In this document: in pieces, positions 52,421 through 64,000 of the stretch | How the letters are laid out: every line of letters starts with the position of its first letter | How positions within the stretch are numbered: the first letter of the stretch is position 1 | NCBI GenBank assembly: GCA_964035545.1 | Contig: OZ037766.1 | Location: 28,565,673 to 28,629,672, forward strand | Source: Bugula neritina | Taxonomy: Eukaryota > Animalia > Bryozoa | Direction of reading: 5' to 3' | DNA length: 64,000 nt | The notes under the pieces: model-generated | What the model was told of the DNA's origin: nothing | Seen by the model: the letters and a program-made list of their open reading frames with translations, nothing else | The model's database searches: none | Made by a program: the position numbers and the translations under genes

Positions 52421-53169
52421 ATTTATGCTGATAAAGCTAATAGTCTAATAAAAAACTAGGTCAACCATTTTTATTGTGCAACATTTACATCAACAATTTT
52501 CATGTAGTAAACCTAATGTTATTGTAAATAGTTGAGTAAGAGCTGATAAACATTTAGCAGCTGATATATTTTACAAAGTAAAGTAAGATATCCTTTATTT
52601 GTATTCATAACCACAATTTTTTACTCTGAATAATATTTTATGTCATTAGAGTAAATGTACTAGTGCAATATGTTTTGTCAATTTTACTCAATTTATTTCC
52701 CACTTAAAATATTTAAAATAATAAATTAATTAAATCTTTTGATATACTTGTTTCATATTTTTACCCAGATAATTACATTATAATAAAAAAGGTTTTAATA
52801 CAATGTTTAGTCATCTTCTGCTCTTTAATACTTTTTATCATTAAATGCTCATTTAGCTATATTATGCATTGTAAGAATACATTCTGCAATGTTGGATAGG
52901 AAAAATATTCAATATGCTCTTGTTGAAACACAGTTTATACAAGTCTAAATAATGCATGTATCAAATAATTTGCCTTCCTTTTTATAGAATATATGTTTAG
53001 TGTGTACATCATTTTGTGTTTACTAAATTTAGTAGATTTCATTTTTTTAGAATTTTTAGCATTTAGTTTGCTCAATTCAAATTTAGATATTACTTTCCGA
53101 TAAAAGATTAATCTATGTTGATAGGTCACTTTATATGCTCTCTTTTTACCCAGTGGGGGAAGATATAAT

Positions 53170-53844
53170 ATGAAAAGATACCGGGAAAGTATTTACCACC
53201 GGATGCTAAAGAAAGGCATAGCATATAGTGGAGTACTGCTGGCAGTTGAAACTGTGCTAGCTTTTGGTGGATATCTTTATTATAAAAAGTTGAAAAACTC
53301 ACAAGGTAGTCAGTATATGCAATATGTTGTAGTACTTGGTACACATAGGAGTATAACAGCAGTTGTAGCTCAACAATAGTTTCTAAAGCATTCTGTTTTA
53401 TTGTCAACTTTCCAAGATAATCTCTCAAACTCTCTTACCAAGCTTTCTTGTTCACTCTATGTACATAGAATTTATTCTGTTACTGCTGATCGTATATCTA
53501 GTAGGCCTCAGATTTAATATCTCTGTTATGTAATAGGAATTAATCAGTCATTTTTCTCTCACTTCTATTAGCTGTCATAAAATTCTGAAAGTTATCTACT
53601 CTTTAGAGCCATGATGTATAAATGTTCCACAATAAGTAATTATTACCAAAGATGTAGTCTGCAATACATTTGTTATTTGCGTAAATTCATGTGATATTTA
53701 TATTTAGAGTATCGTCAAACCCTCTATGAGCGAAATTCCAAAATTTTGTCGCTATACTACTATGTTGGCGGGAAACTTGGTCAAACTGATTTGAAAGACA
53801 AGGACTTGGAGTTATGGCATGCTGCTTCCAAAATGGAGAAATAA
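53170..53844 (+). CDS. CEBPZOS: CEBPZOS-like small single-TM protein, 90 aa, 2 coding exons
   Basis: Exons 53170-53305 and 53708-53844: ..GVLLAVETVLAFGGYLYYKKLKNSQEYRQTLYERNSKILSLYY..DLELW, matching the family pattern GVL..E..G.Y....SQ..RQT....IL..YY as I recall it. Confidence 0.8.
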
Positions 53845-54766
53845 TGACCTGCCGGTATTGTTTAAAGTTGGCAGGTAAAAGCAGGTGCAGCTGGTGGGGT
53901 CACAGGGTCTATGCTGGGAACTGATGGCTAATTATTGCATAGTGCTGTTTCCTTGTGGACATGATAACTCAACTACCGAATCAGAAAATGGTGATCAGGA
54001 ATTCACCTTCGTCTAAATGTGTTTTACAATCTATTAATTGGTTTATTTATTTTGATTATAGTTTGATTTCTATTTGTGATGAAGTCCAGTGAAATTACCT
54101 TTGAGTTATTGTCTTTTATCTTGTTCTATATTTTTACATACAGTTGGAAATATAGTATTATCAACATCATGTGGTTTATAAAATGTTGTACTCAGAGTAG
54201 GATGTGTTTATCAGTAAACATGCATGCAGATAGTTTTATGGTTTAATTGCTTGCCAAGTATTGTAAATATTATGATTGGTCGATAACTGACGAAAGAGTT
54301 CAGGTGATATGACAGGTTGTACATCACTTGAATAAAAACCTGGCTAAAGGTTAAAGGTTGAGGATTTACTGAAGCACATGCACCTCTTAAACCACTGTTG
54401 CGGTGATACATAGACGCATGAAATATAAAATAATTTAGACTTCTGTGCATTCAGTATTCGCAATAATAATTGTTATTGTCTTCATAACTAATAGGCTGTT
54501 ATTCTGGAAGTAAACCCATTGATTAGATTGGCATATGAGAGAATCATTATTTTGCATTAAAATGCATACTCAATTTCTTGGCAATAAATTTTGAAAAAAA
54601 AAACAAGTTTATAATGATGTTTGCTGTTGGTTATTATTTATTGAATAAAATAATTTTTTTCAATTTAAGGTTTTATTGAACCTAAATCCTACTTGCATAC
54701 TGAACTGGACAACAAAAATAATACAAAATTGAGAACCACAAAAAATGTATTGAGTTAAAATTTAAT

Positions 54767-57700
54767 TCATTTCAACCAGTTTTTCGACACATCACATGGC
54801 TGTTTGCTCCACAAGTCCTTTAAAACTTTCTGTCCACCTTTCTGTGTGATCAGTAGATAAGGGTCTTTGCGTACGGAGTAGTAGTATAGCCCAAGGAGAA
54901 GAGACTGCACAAGTCTTCCAGCTATACAGTAATAAAGGACATCTAGCTCGGACTGTTGCAGTATCCGTAAACTTAGGTAACCACGGAGACAGAAGCCAGC
55001 TATCTCTTCAGGGTTAGCTTCATGACAACATGTCATCATATACATCATATAAATAGCTACGTCAAATACTGTGTGATTAAAGTGAGAGTCATTGAAGTCT
55101 ATCACTCCTACGATAACTTTTGCATCTTCAACTTCTTTAAAGAAAATGTTGGTTTCATTAAAATCACCATGGATTGGGCCTATAAAAAATATCAGTCGCA
55201 AGAATTAATTTGGTAATAATTTAACAATATTTCATACTAATAAAATATTTTGATACAAAAAAGTTGAGGCAATTCATCAAGAATGACACAACTAGTTATT
55301 GATGAAATTAAGTTTTCTAATTTCTAGTTGTATATTAGTTTAAGGTTGCAGCACACTTGATTCACTTTGTATTGCCATATCTTACAACATTACTGCCATC
55401 ATGACCATACAAACTAAAAAATGACATCACCAACAGTACTGCCAGCATTCAAACCCATGACCTAGTGCTCAGGAAACCTTAGCTACTCAATTTTATAGCA
55501 CTTAAAGTTTAGCCTATTATAAATGCTTGCTGTGTTGGAAAAAACACAGTAATATTTTTATTGCAGCGGATTCTCCATTGAGAAAACAACTCCAGCTAAT
55601 GCTGCTATTTAAATTAACTCAAACTTCATTTATCCAATTATCAGTTTCTGTAACATAATATTATATGTTAATTGAAGTTGCACAGTAATGGTGAACAGTA
55701 TTGGACTAGGTATTTAATGCCACCTTTAGGTGTGAGAGCAAGGTCATGTTGAATTTCATCCCATTTATCAAGCACTTCCAGGATAATACTTTTTGACTCC
55801 TCATCTTCCATCAAGTCAGCGTGAGATCTGAGGCTAGAGAGAGATGACAGACTCCAGGTGAAGTTTTCCCGAACTAAATTCTCATCTGTGTACCCCTAAA
55901 AGAAGACAACTCTTTCTCTTGCCCTTCAAAGCCATGTTCTAATCGGGTGGCGAAATGGCAGAAGACAATTCTAGTGGATTATTATTGTAACTTTATCCAT
56001 TATTTTTATTCATTTGCAAAAGCTGTGATGTACAATGTGGTGTTACTGTTCTTATAAATGATATGTAATAGTAGAAAGTAAAATGAATTCAATGAGCAAT
56101 AACCCAAAACAAAGTGGCACAATTTAACACTTTTAACCAATTACCATTAGCAGCATAAAATATATATTTTGCTGTCAGGGCAGCTCTACAATAATATAGA
56201 TCAATTTTTCCTAATACAAATTGATATATCTTTTCAAAACTAAGGTTGCAAGATTTTTATGACATTGTTTTGATATTACATAACATGCTCTACAACATAG
56301 CAGCTCAAATATTCGTGCAGCAAATACTAACCTCGATACTGTTATGAAGTTCAGCCAGTAGTTGCCCCCCTTGAAAAGCTATAGCCTCAGTGATGTCTGA
56401 TTTAGTCAACAAATTTCCCTCCATAAATTCAAACAGTGCTACCATGTGTAGCTTGGAGTCGTCTCCACATCCTGATTAGTAAACACTCGATCAGACAAAC
56501 TTCCACCACAATATGATTAATCAAAGCCTTTTACATAATATAATAGTTTAATCTAATTTTCATAATTATTTTAGATTTATATATTTTAGAACTATATACT
56601 AGCAATGTCTAAGTATTGTAATTACTCTAACAATGCAGTTACAACCAAATATTTATACGTGACTTTTATTGGTATCTATTTATGTTTACTTTAATGCACT
56701 AAAAAGTAAAAGTTAGGCAACCTTCATGCTTTATACAATATAGTTTTTGCAGCCCAAGTATCGTACTTGAGAATGATTGTGATTTCAATCACCTTGACCT
56801 AATAAAATCTAAATATTTTTTGACAAAAAATGTAGAGTTTAATTGTATTGGTTTTAGGCAGATTTTTTTCATGATTAATTTCAGTTGATTACAAGTCAGG
56901 TTAACAGCATATCTAAACGTGGGCAATTTCTTTAAATTTTCAGATAAATAATCAAGAATGAAATAATATATTTCAACATGTTATTTGCTCTGTGTTACGC
57001 CCAATGATTTCTACATACTTGTTTCACCAGTGAAAGTCCTGTTCTTAGTTCTCACTACTTTAGGAGAAGGAAATCCTTTAGATCTCACATGTTCAGAAAA
57101 TCTAATCTGAGCTACTGGAAATATAAGCAATGATGTCTTAGTTATGTTTCTATTACCTGTATATAACCAACCTATGAGTTAATGATAAAACGTACATTAT
57201 GTCATTAAGTTACCTCATTTAAAACTAAAGCTGAAAGTTATTTGGTATTTTCAAACAAAACAATAATCAATGTGTTATTCATGAATATTGATCTATAATA
57301 TACTATTAATATGCATCTCTTAATACTTGCTAAATAAAACTTATAAAATAAAATTGTGACATCATTAATTATCTGTCCAATTATGCACGATGCTAAAGGT
57401 GAGACAACTTCATATTGTATATTATCTTTTATATTGTTATATGTTATCTGTTAACAGTGAGTGAGTAAATATTAAGGGTATAAGTACACACTTGTGTTAC
57501 TTACAGATATGGGCACTGTGACTCTCGCTATCAAAAGAGTTGAATATTTTTAGAATATATTCCTGCTGGTTTGGTTGCGGGAGTTTGAAATTTGTCTCCC
57601 CATCAGTTACTGTAATGTGGAAACTTTGGTCAGCATAACTATTGAGCTCTTTCGCTGATGCAACCTACAATCAAATATTAAATTGGCTACTTTAGGAACA

Positions 57701-58104
57701 GTAGCGGAGAAATTGAGATAGCCTAAACTCTTTAAATTTTTTTATAAATTTTGGTTTTTGTGGGAGCTAGTAGGGTGTCATCCCAAATAGATGCTTCCTA
57801 GTTAGATGCTTGGCTGGGAACTGGGACTGGGAAGCACCTATCCGGGATGAAACCAGAGGTAGGTGCAGTAATGGAGAAATTGACAAAAGCCTGTTGAAAT
57901 TTGCAGTTGGAGTCTGTAAAAGTTTTAGACTTTAGTACAAGTTTGGATACTAGTAACCCATTGGCCATAGCAGTGAACATATCTACTAATAATTTATCTT
58001 CAAATTCCTCTCACCTTAAATCCATAAATGGAATTCGTTAATTCGGCAACTTCTTTAAAACTGAGCCGAGACTTTGAGTCTGCGTGTTCACACGATTCAG
58101 TCAT
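54767..58104 (-). CDS. HYKK: Hydroxylysine kinase (APH/choline-kinase fold), about 356 aa, 6 exons
   Basis: Exons (minus): 58104-58015, 57664-57505, 57114-57019, 56471-56332, 55895-55724, 55179-54767. Motifs ELNSYADQ, YILKIFN, IHGDFNETNI, GVIDFND, FDVAIYMMYMM. Confidence 0.85.
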
Positions 58105-60382
58105 TGCTGTACTGAAGTAGGCGTACTAACAAGTCCAGATGTGTTGAATACCACTACATAACCTCTGTGGTGACAGCTCTTCAATCTAGGAGTGGATATA
58201 AATAATGCGTAGGACAATAAAATAATTATTCTCATTGACGTACTATATAAGTGGCACATAGCCAACAGCAATTGCAAAGGAAATACATTAATACTCGTAT
58301 AAGTAGCTTACTACAAATTTAACTTTCAAGCGGCAACTTTTTGGTGACATTTTGAGCATGTCATGTATCCCTTGCTAGCAGGGGGGGGAGGGGTTGATGC
58401 CTACACCACTATACTTGCTAGTAGATGAGACCAAACTCACATTCTTGTGGTCATACGAAACTAGCAAGTGCTTTGTACATTAGTCACTGGCATTGTTTAT
58501 AAATACTTTCAGGTATTTATTTATTTATGCGTGTACTGCAGCTAAGCTACTATAGCAAATTTACGGGCAAGAGAAGACAATTTCCACCCATATATTCTCA
58601 ACTCAACATAATATTCTTACTTATTTATAATTACACTTCGCTAATACACAAAGTATATTCACCAGAAAAAGGGATTGCTTTGAATATGATATAAACTATA
58701 GTGTATCATGTGTAAATATACTTCTCATACAGTATATCAATATTTTTAGACACCCACAAATGGATAGAGATACAAATAATCAAATTACTAATATATAAGT
58801 ACTAACATGCAAGACCTCAAGACATTCCTAAGCATATTTCTAGTAGTCATATATGCATTATATAATACTATGCTAGCGGTTGTAGGTTTTCAGAAAGCAA
58901 TCATACGTTGTTTATATGCCAAAAATTCTTTGAAATGACATGACTCAATATCAAGATATAAGTTAATGCATTTTCAAAAAATATTATATCAGCTTTTGAA
59001 GCTAGTGTATAACAGATTTCAAAACAATTTCACGAGCATTATTAACAGTATATACTTACAATTCTCTAAATGTATTTGCAGTTATGAATATATAGGGGTT
59101 TAGTAATAATTTGGTCATTGTCTGTGTGCAAACTACATACAGGTAAGAAAATGTTTTGATATACTCCATCTGTAGTAGTTAAAAACTAACACTAACAGTT
59201 CTTGCTGTAGGGGTTTAAGAAGATTGAGACAAAAAGTTTGGCACCCATTGGAGCTGTATTTAAAATATTCATCAACTAGTCCATCCTAATGTACATGATT
59301 TGTGCACATGCATGCATTATTTACATACATAAATATTCAGGTTAGCCTAAAAAATTCAGGTTAACATAGACTCTTTTGGAGTCTATTGTAGCCTTTTGTA
59401 ACTTCATTATTTTGTTATTTGATATAGTATTGTACAAGAAAATTCCACCTATTGTAAGGCGATAGCTCATTAGTTAATAACAAGTGCTTTAGTCAATGCT
59501 TTCCTTTGTGCTAGGTAATTAAGCTGGGTTATAAATAGCTAAAGGTGAATAAAACTTAATTATTCGGAGCTCCTGAACATTTTTTAAAAAACATGATTTG
59601 TCTTAAAAATTAATTCACTTTAGCGTTTTAAATGGTTTTGACAACTAAACGTGCTTATAACATCTAGTATAACAATACGTGTAATATTCTCCATCTGATC
59701 AACGTGGTAGTTGTAGTTGCAGGCATTCTAACGTCACGGTTTGTACTGTAAGTCTTCTACAGAGTGCTAAAATGGGTTGTACTGCACATCTGTTTTCTAT
59801 AAGAACACTATTGGGGTTAAGCGCGATAAAAATTTTAAGCCTGGCATTAAATTGAGTGAAGGAAACCATACACATGGCTATATAGTAAATTTGTGTGGTT
59901 ATTGACAACGTAGAACTTGCGTGTTTCACGTGTAGTTTATTTACATTGATGTGCTTGTACACAGCTTACCTCGATCTGTAAAATAAACGTGGATTAACGA
60001 AACTTCTTCAAATTCTCAACTTTTAAAACCAACTCTACGTAAAGAAACAAGAGGAAGAAAGTCTATTAATTTTTAGTTTTTACATTCAATGACTCAAATT
60101 ATAGTTATCATTTTTGTAATAAAATTAAATGCAATCAATATCATAAGGATACTGGGAGTGGGTCATACTCATAAGTCATATTGATATTGAATTTGATATT
60201 CATAATAATATTGAATTTGATAATCATAATCATAATGCCTAAGGCTAATGGTTATGATAATCATAATGATTATCATCATTTAATTCACTCACTCTGTGAC
60301 TGATAGTAAAACTAAACGTAAATTTAAAACCTAACTATTCAGTATTCAACAAATTATGTGCAATACTTATACTTATAGTTAG

Positions 60383-60383
<1 letters not shown>

Positions 60384-60419
<36 letters not shown>

Positions 60420-60427
60420 GTACTAGT
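60384..60427. repeat. (CTA)n microsatellite in a low-complexity region
   Basis: Direct reading. Confidence 0.9.
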
Positions 60428-63400
60428 ATAAGTAAAACTAAATGATGGATAAGTGATAAGTCACTGGACAGACTAAAAGTAAATTACTTAAAGTTAATTC
60501 TGTAAAGTCTGACTTGTAGAGTTAGTCTAATACTAATAGTAATACTATTACTATTAGTATTACTAAATCTCAATCTAATACTCATGGCAATAAAGATAGT
60601 AATAACTACAAGTAAATGAAATTCAAACTGTATGTTGTACTTTTATCCCTCTACCTCTGATTACATTCCCATTGAATGATTGATATTCACAGTGGAACAA
60701 TTTCAACGTTGATATAAAAATATTTTATGCTTGCATTGATAAATTGAATTAGAAGTAGAAACTAATACTAATAGTGCATAATACTAATAGTAATAGTAGT
60801 GTAATATTTTACATTTAATTGTAAAACCCATGCCACAGCCATCTTTAGAGTAAAAACTAGACTAAAGTTTAAGGAAAGCAAACATAGTCGGGTAGCTCTA
60901 GCTGTTAGACTTTTTTTAGAGCTCTTCCTCAGTTATTTTATATGGAGTACTGCTCAAAGATTTTATTATTCCTGATCCTAGTTGATCCTAAGAGTAAAAC
61001 CTCAAAAAAAGGATTGATTATCGAAAATTTGAATTGAAATTAATTTTAAACATGCATTTTGATCTTTTCATTTACTTGAGCATTATTTAATTTACTGTTA
61101 AATTATTAATATTTTTATTGATATCCACCCATTACCATGTTTATTAACTTTAGAATTGTTTAAAATGAAGTATACGATAATTAACATTAGATTTGGCAGG
61201 CTGATCTCTATAAGATTCAGTTAATGAAATATTTATCTCAATGTCGGAGCTGTGTAATACCAATAGTGTTATTTGTAGCGCTAATTGTATCTAAACTCTA
61301 AAGCATTGTGGTTGATAAACCTATAATATTCCTTTATTGTGGTAAATTGAGTGTGTTATCAGAACCTTTACTTCTACTGACTCTGAGAATGGTAAATTTT
61401 TATCAGTAAGCTGACTGTATGTTTACAATTAGACTAACTGGCAGCAATAATAGAGTAAGTCATGTTACTAGTTCTACGCAGCCAAAGCTTGTAACTATTG
61501 AGTTGTTAAGGGAACATTTTCACTAGTAAAATTTATCGAAGCAACAATTCTGCTACTTGTGCAGTTCAGCGTTGCTTTGGTGTTGGAACTGCAGGCCAAA
61601 TACGTTTGTAATAGATGCCAGCTGCACTAAATTGATAGTCTTTCAGTAGGGTGGTGCACCTGATATTGTAGTTAGGCATCTTAGGGTTAGTATTATAACT
61701 GGACAGCATGTTAGAAGTCATGGAGCTGGGAGTACTGCATTTAAACAATGCTATTGTTCACCTCATAGGTTTTAGGAATTTGACTTCATGCTTGGCATGT
61801 GAAACCAGTTGCTACTTTCACATCCTGAATACCTGGCACTCAATCAATGCATAATTATTTGAAATTTCACTGAATGAATCATAGTAGCCCGTGTGACATG
61901 TCCAGTCCTGTACTCTACTAGAGTTACTCACTGGTAGCACCTGTTATGACATGTTGAGGCATGTCACAACAAGTCATGGCTGTCCTGGTATTGTCCCACA
62001 AAATAAAAGTTGTCTAAAATATTTCTTCCGTTCAAATTGGTCACAGTCTATTCTAACATGTATTTTTATAATTAAAAGCTTATTTTTTGCACCAAAAGCA
62101 ATATGCTGGTATAGCAGGTATACAATGAAAACTATAGTGGCAAAAGTTGTATCTCACTTGTTCTTAATTAACTTTCAATATTAAAAAGCTCTCTCAAGTT
62201 TTTGTGTTTCACCAGAATACTGATTGTAGTGACTGGATAGAAAATTCTAGAAAAGTTTACAAAGTAATATTGTTCTATGAAGGTTTTTTCTCAGACGCTG
62301 TTAGACAATAACTGACTGATATGCAATCTACAATGCCACTTTAGGATGTATAATATAGTCCCTTATGGTGGTGGGCTGTACGTACTAAATTTTAGGTGGC
62401 AACATATTCAAACCTTTCATCTTTTAGCGTGTTTGGCTTTCGGCCAAGTTTTGTCTTTGAAACACCTGATACCCTGCATTTGATACCCGTGTGCTAGCCT
62501 ACACATTGTATTCCCATATCATTGATACGGGTTGCTCATAGTAGCTGTATAGTACACGTGTGCATGCCACGAGTAACGCATAGAGAGCTAGTACAATACT
62601 GCATTAGTGATCTAACCTCACAATAATATTGATTTATTAATCTCTATTCAGGATAAACAGCACTTAGTGTGGAGTATAGACACATGCTATTCCACTATCT
62701 CTGTCTACTAGTGTTGAGTATACAGTTCTCAAGTGTTGTAACTGCTATCCAATCCTGCTGCTCATTACATTGGAAAGAATTCAAAAGAACCCTTTTACTA
62801 ATTAGCATGTAAGTAGTATTAGTACTATTTTTAGAAAGTATGTTTATTACTATGCAATAATCAGAATTATTTTACTATCAGTGTGTTTAGTAAAGCCCAT
62901 GCTATGATAGGCTTAGCTGTTCAGTCCATGTTTCAGGGTAGACTATTCATTATTCAGAACTGGAAAAAATAATGTTATAAGTACACCAATAAGGTTGTAT
63001 AACACTTCCTAAATACTTGCAGAAGGTAATATTAAAGTTTCGTAAACTGTATAAATTAAACTATAATACTTGCAGAATTGTTCTTTGTAAGATTGTTTCA
63101 AGTTTGCTTCACATTATAATATTATATCAAACTGTTGATGTGGGGAAACTAATTTTCATATCTCCTGTGGTAAAGCACATACAATATACATAGTACCAAT
63201 GCAGTCTATCTTCAACTATTTCTGGTCAGCTGCTAGCTATTCACAGGGTGGATGGGGGGGGGTGAATGACTGCCCCCATCCTCCTGGATATTCAGATTTT
63301 AACTGAAGGTCAGTGATTCACAGTTTCTTGGCCTAAGAAACAGCCGATCATATGCATCCTCTGTGGATATCTGTTTGGTCTATATTTAGCCTTTGGTCCT

Positions 63401-63886
63401 GATTAATTGGCAAAACATGTTCAGTGAACTCATATCTGATAATTAATATTTGCATATCTTCCTGTAAAATAGCCTGTAATATGAAATTTTATACTGTTGA
63501 GATGTTCTTACATAAATTTTGTAATTTGAAGAAGTTTGAAATTGAATCTACAAATAAAACTAGTTCACTTACTGACCATATTAAATAAACCACTGTATCG
63601 TTCTTGGCTCTGTTTTGGTTTTGCTTTACATTCTTGTTCAGTGATTTTATCCATCATTAGGCTCTGGTGTTGTAGTTATGAGTCACAACACCAGTTTTCA
63701 TGTTTGGATTTTAACCAAACTGCTGTGCCTTCTGAAATTAATGCATTAATTTGCAGCTAAAATGATAACTATGTACAATATAAATTGCTTCTAGTAGTGT
63801 CTACTGGTAATTCTGTGTTGAAATTTGTTCATAAAAACTACTTCATGTAGTTATATTAAGTGCGGACAGCTTTTTATAAAACTTTT

Positions 63887-63980
63887 GTCCCCACTGGGAT
63901 TCCAACCCAAGACCTTCGGCTTGCAAGCAGGTGCGCTACCGTTACACCACAGGGACCACTGAGTAAACTCAACACTACAC
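63887..63980 (-). repeat. tRNA(Ala-UGC)-like dispersed repeat or pseudogene
   Basis: Acceptor and T stems pair, anticodon stem does not, B box is mutated (GGTTGGAATCC); flank shared with 5706-5810. Confidence 0.6.
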
Positions 63981-64000
63981 TTTTCGTTTTTGCCAATACT

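Noticed and set aside
53844-53880. ATGA-led hairpin after the CEBPZOS stop as a SECIS element
   Set aside because: Lacks the 3' GA of the quartet, and the gene has no in-frame TGA.
54637-54649. Back-to-back polyA signals between CEBPZOS and HYKK
   Set aside because: AATAAA is too frequent in this AT-rich DNA to support the call.
58200-63800. Possible further gene at the right end (and at 49300-51400)
   Set aside because: Scattered splice-like sites and short ORFs, but no coherent frame or recognisable domain.

Overview
AT-rich, intron-containing animal (probably invertebrate) genomic DNA. The supplied ORF track misses most real genes, so I rebuilt them by hand from GT-AG boundaries and exon phase. 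From left to right: (1) a complete 8-exon TRIM gene (RING, two B-boxes, coiled coil, NHL-like beta-propeller) on the minus strand at 1086-6030; (2) a hAT-type foldback element with an 8-bp TSD in its upstream region; (3) a young Gypsy LTR retrotransposon (10661-18100) with a -1 frameshift signal, a broken pol and an intact extra zinc-finger/coiled-coil ORF; (4) a tandem paralogue of the TRIM gene (19424-27680) with a 5'-truncated Copia element in intron 6; (5) head-to-head with it, a 16-coding-exon plus-strand gene (30000-44118, about 1380 aa) that joins LRRs, a ROC GTPase and a COR domain to a complete C-terminal caspase (p20+p10); (6) an intact, spliced Kolobok/Mutator-like DDE transposase gene; (7) CEBPZOS and HYKK, convergent; plus SINEs, MITEs and simple repeats. 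The best candidate for a new system is the LRR-ROC-COR-caspase fusion, with five 141-bp phase-symmetric LRR exons, next to TRIM paralogues whose propeller domains are diverging fast. This looks like an innate-immune locus. Gene models are manual and untested against RNA, and no database search was run, so novelty is unconfirmed.
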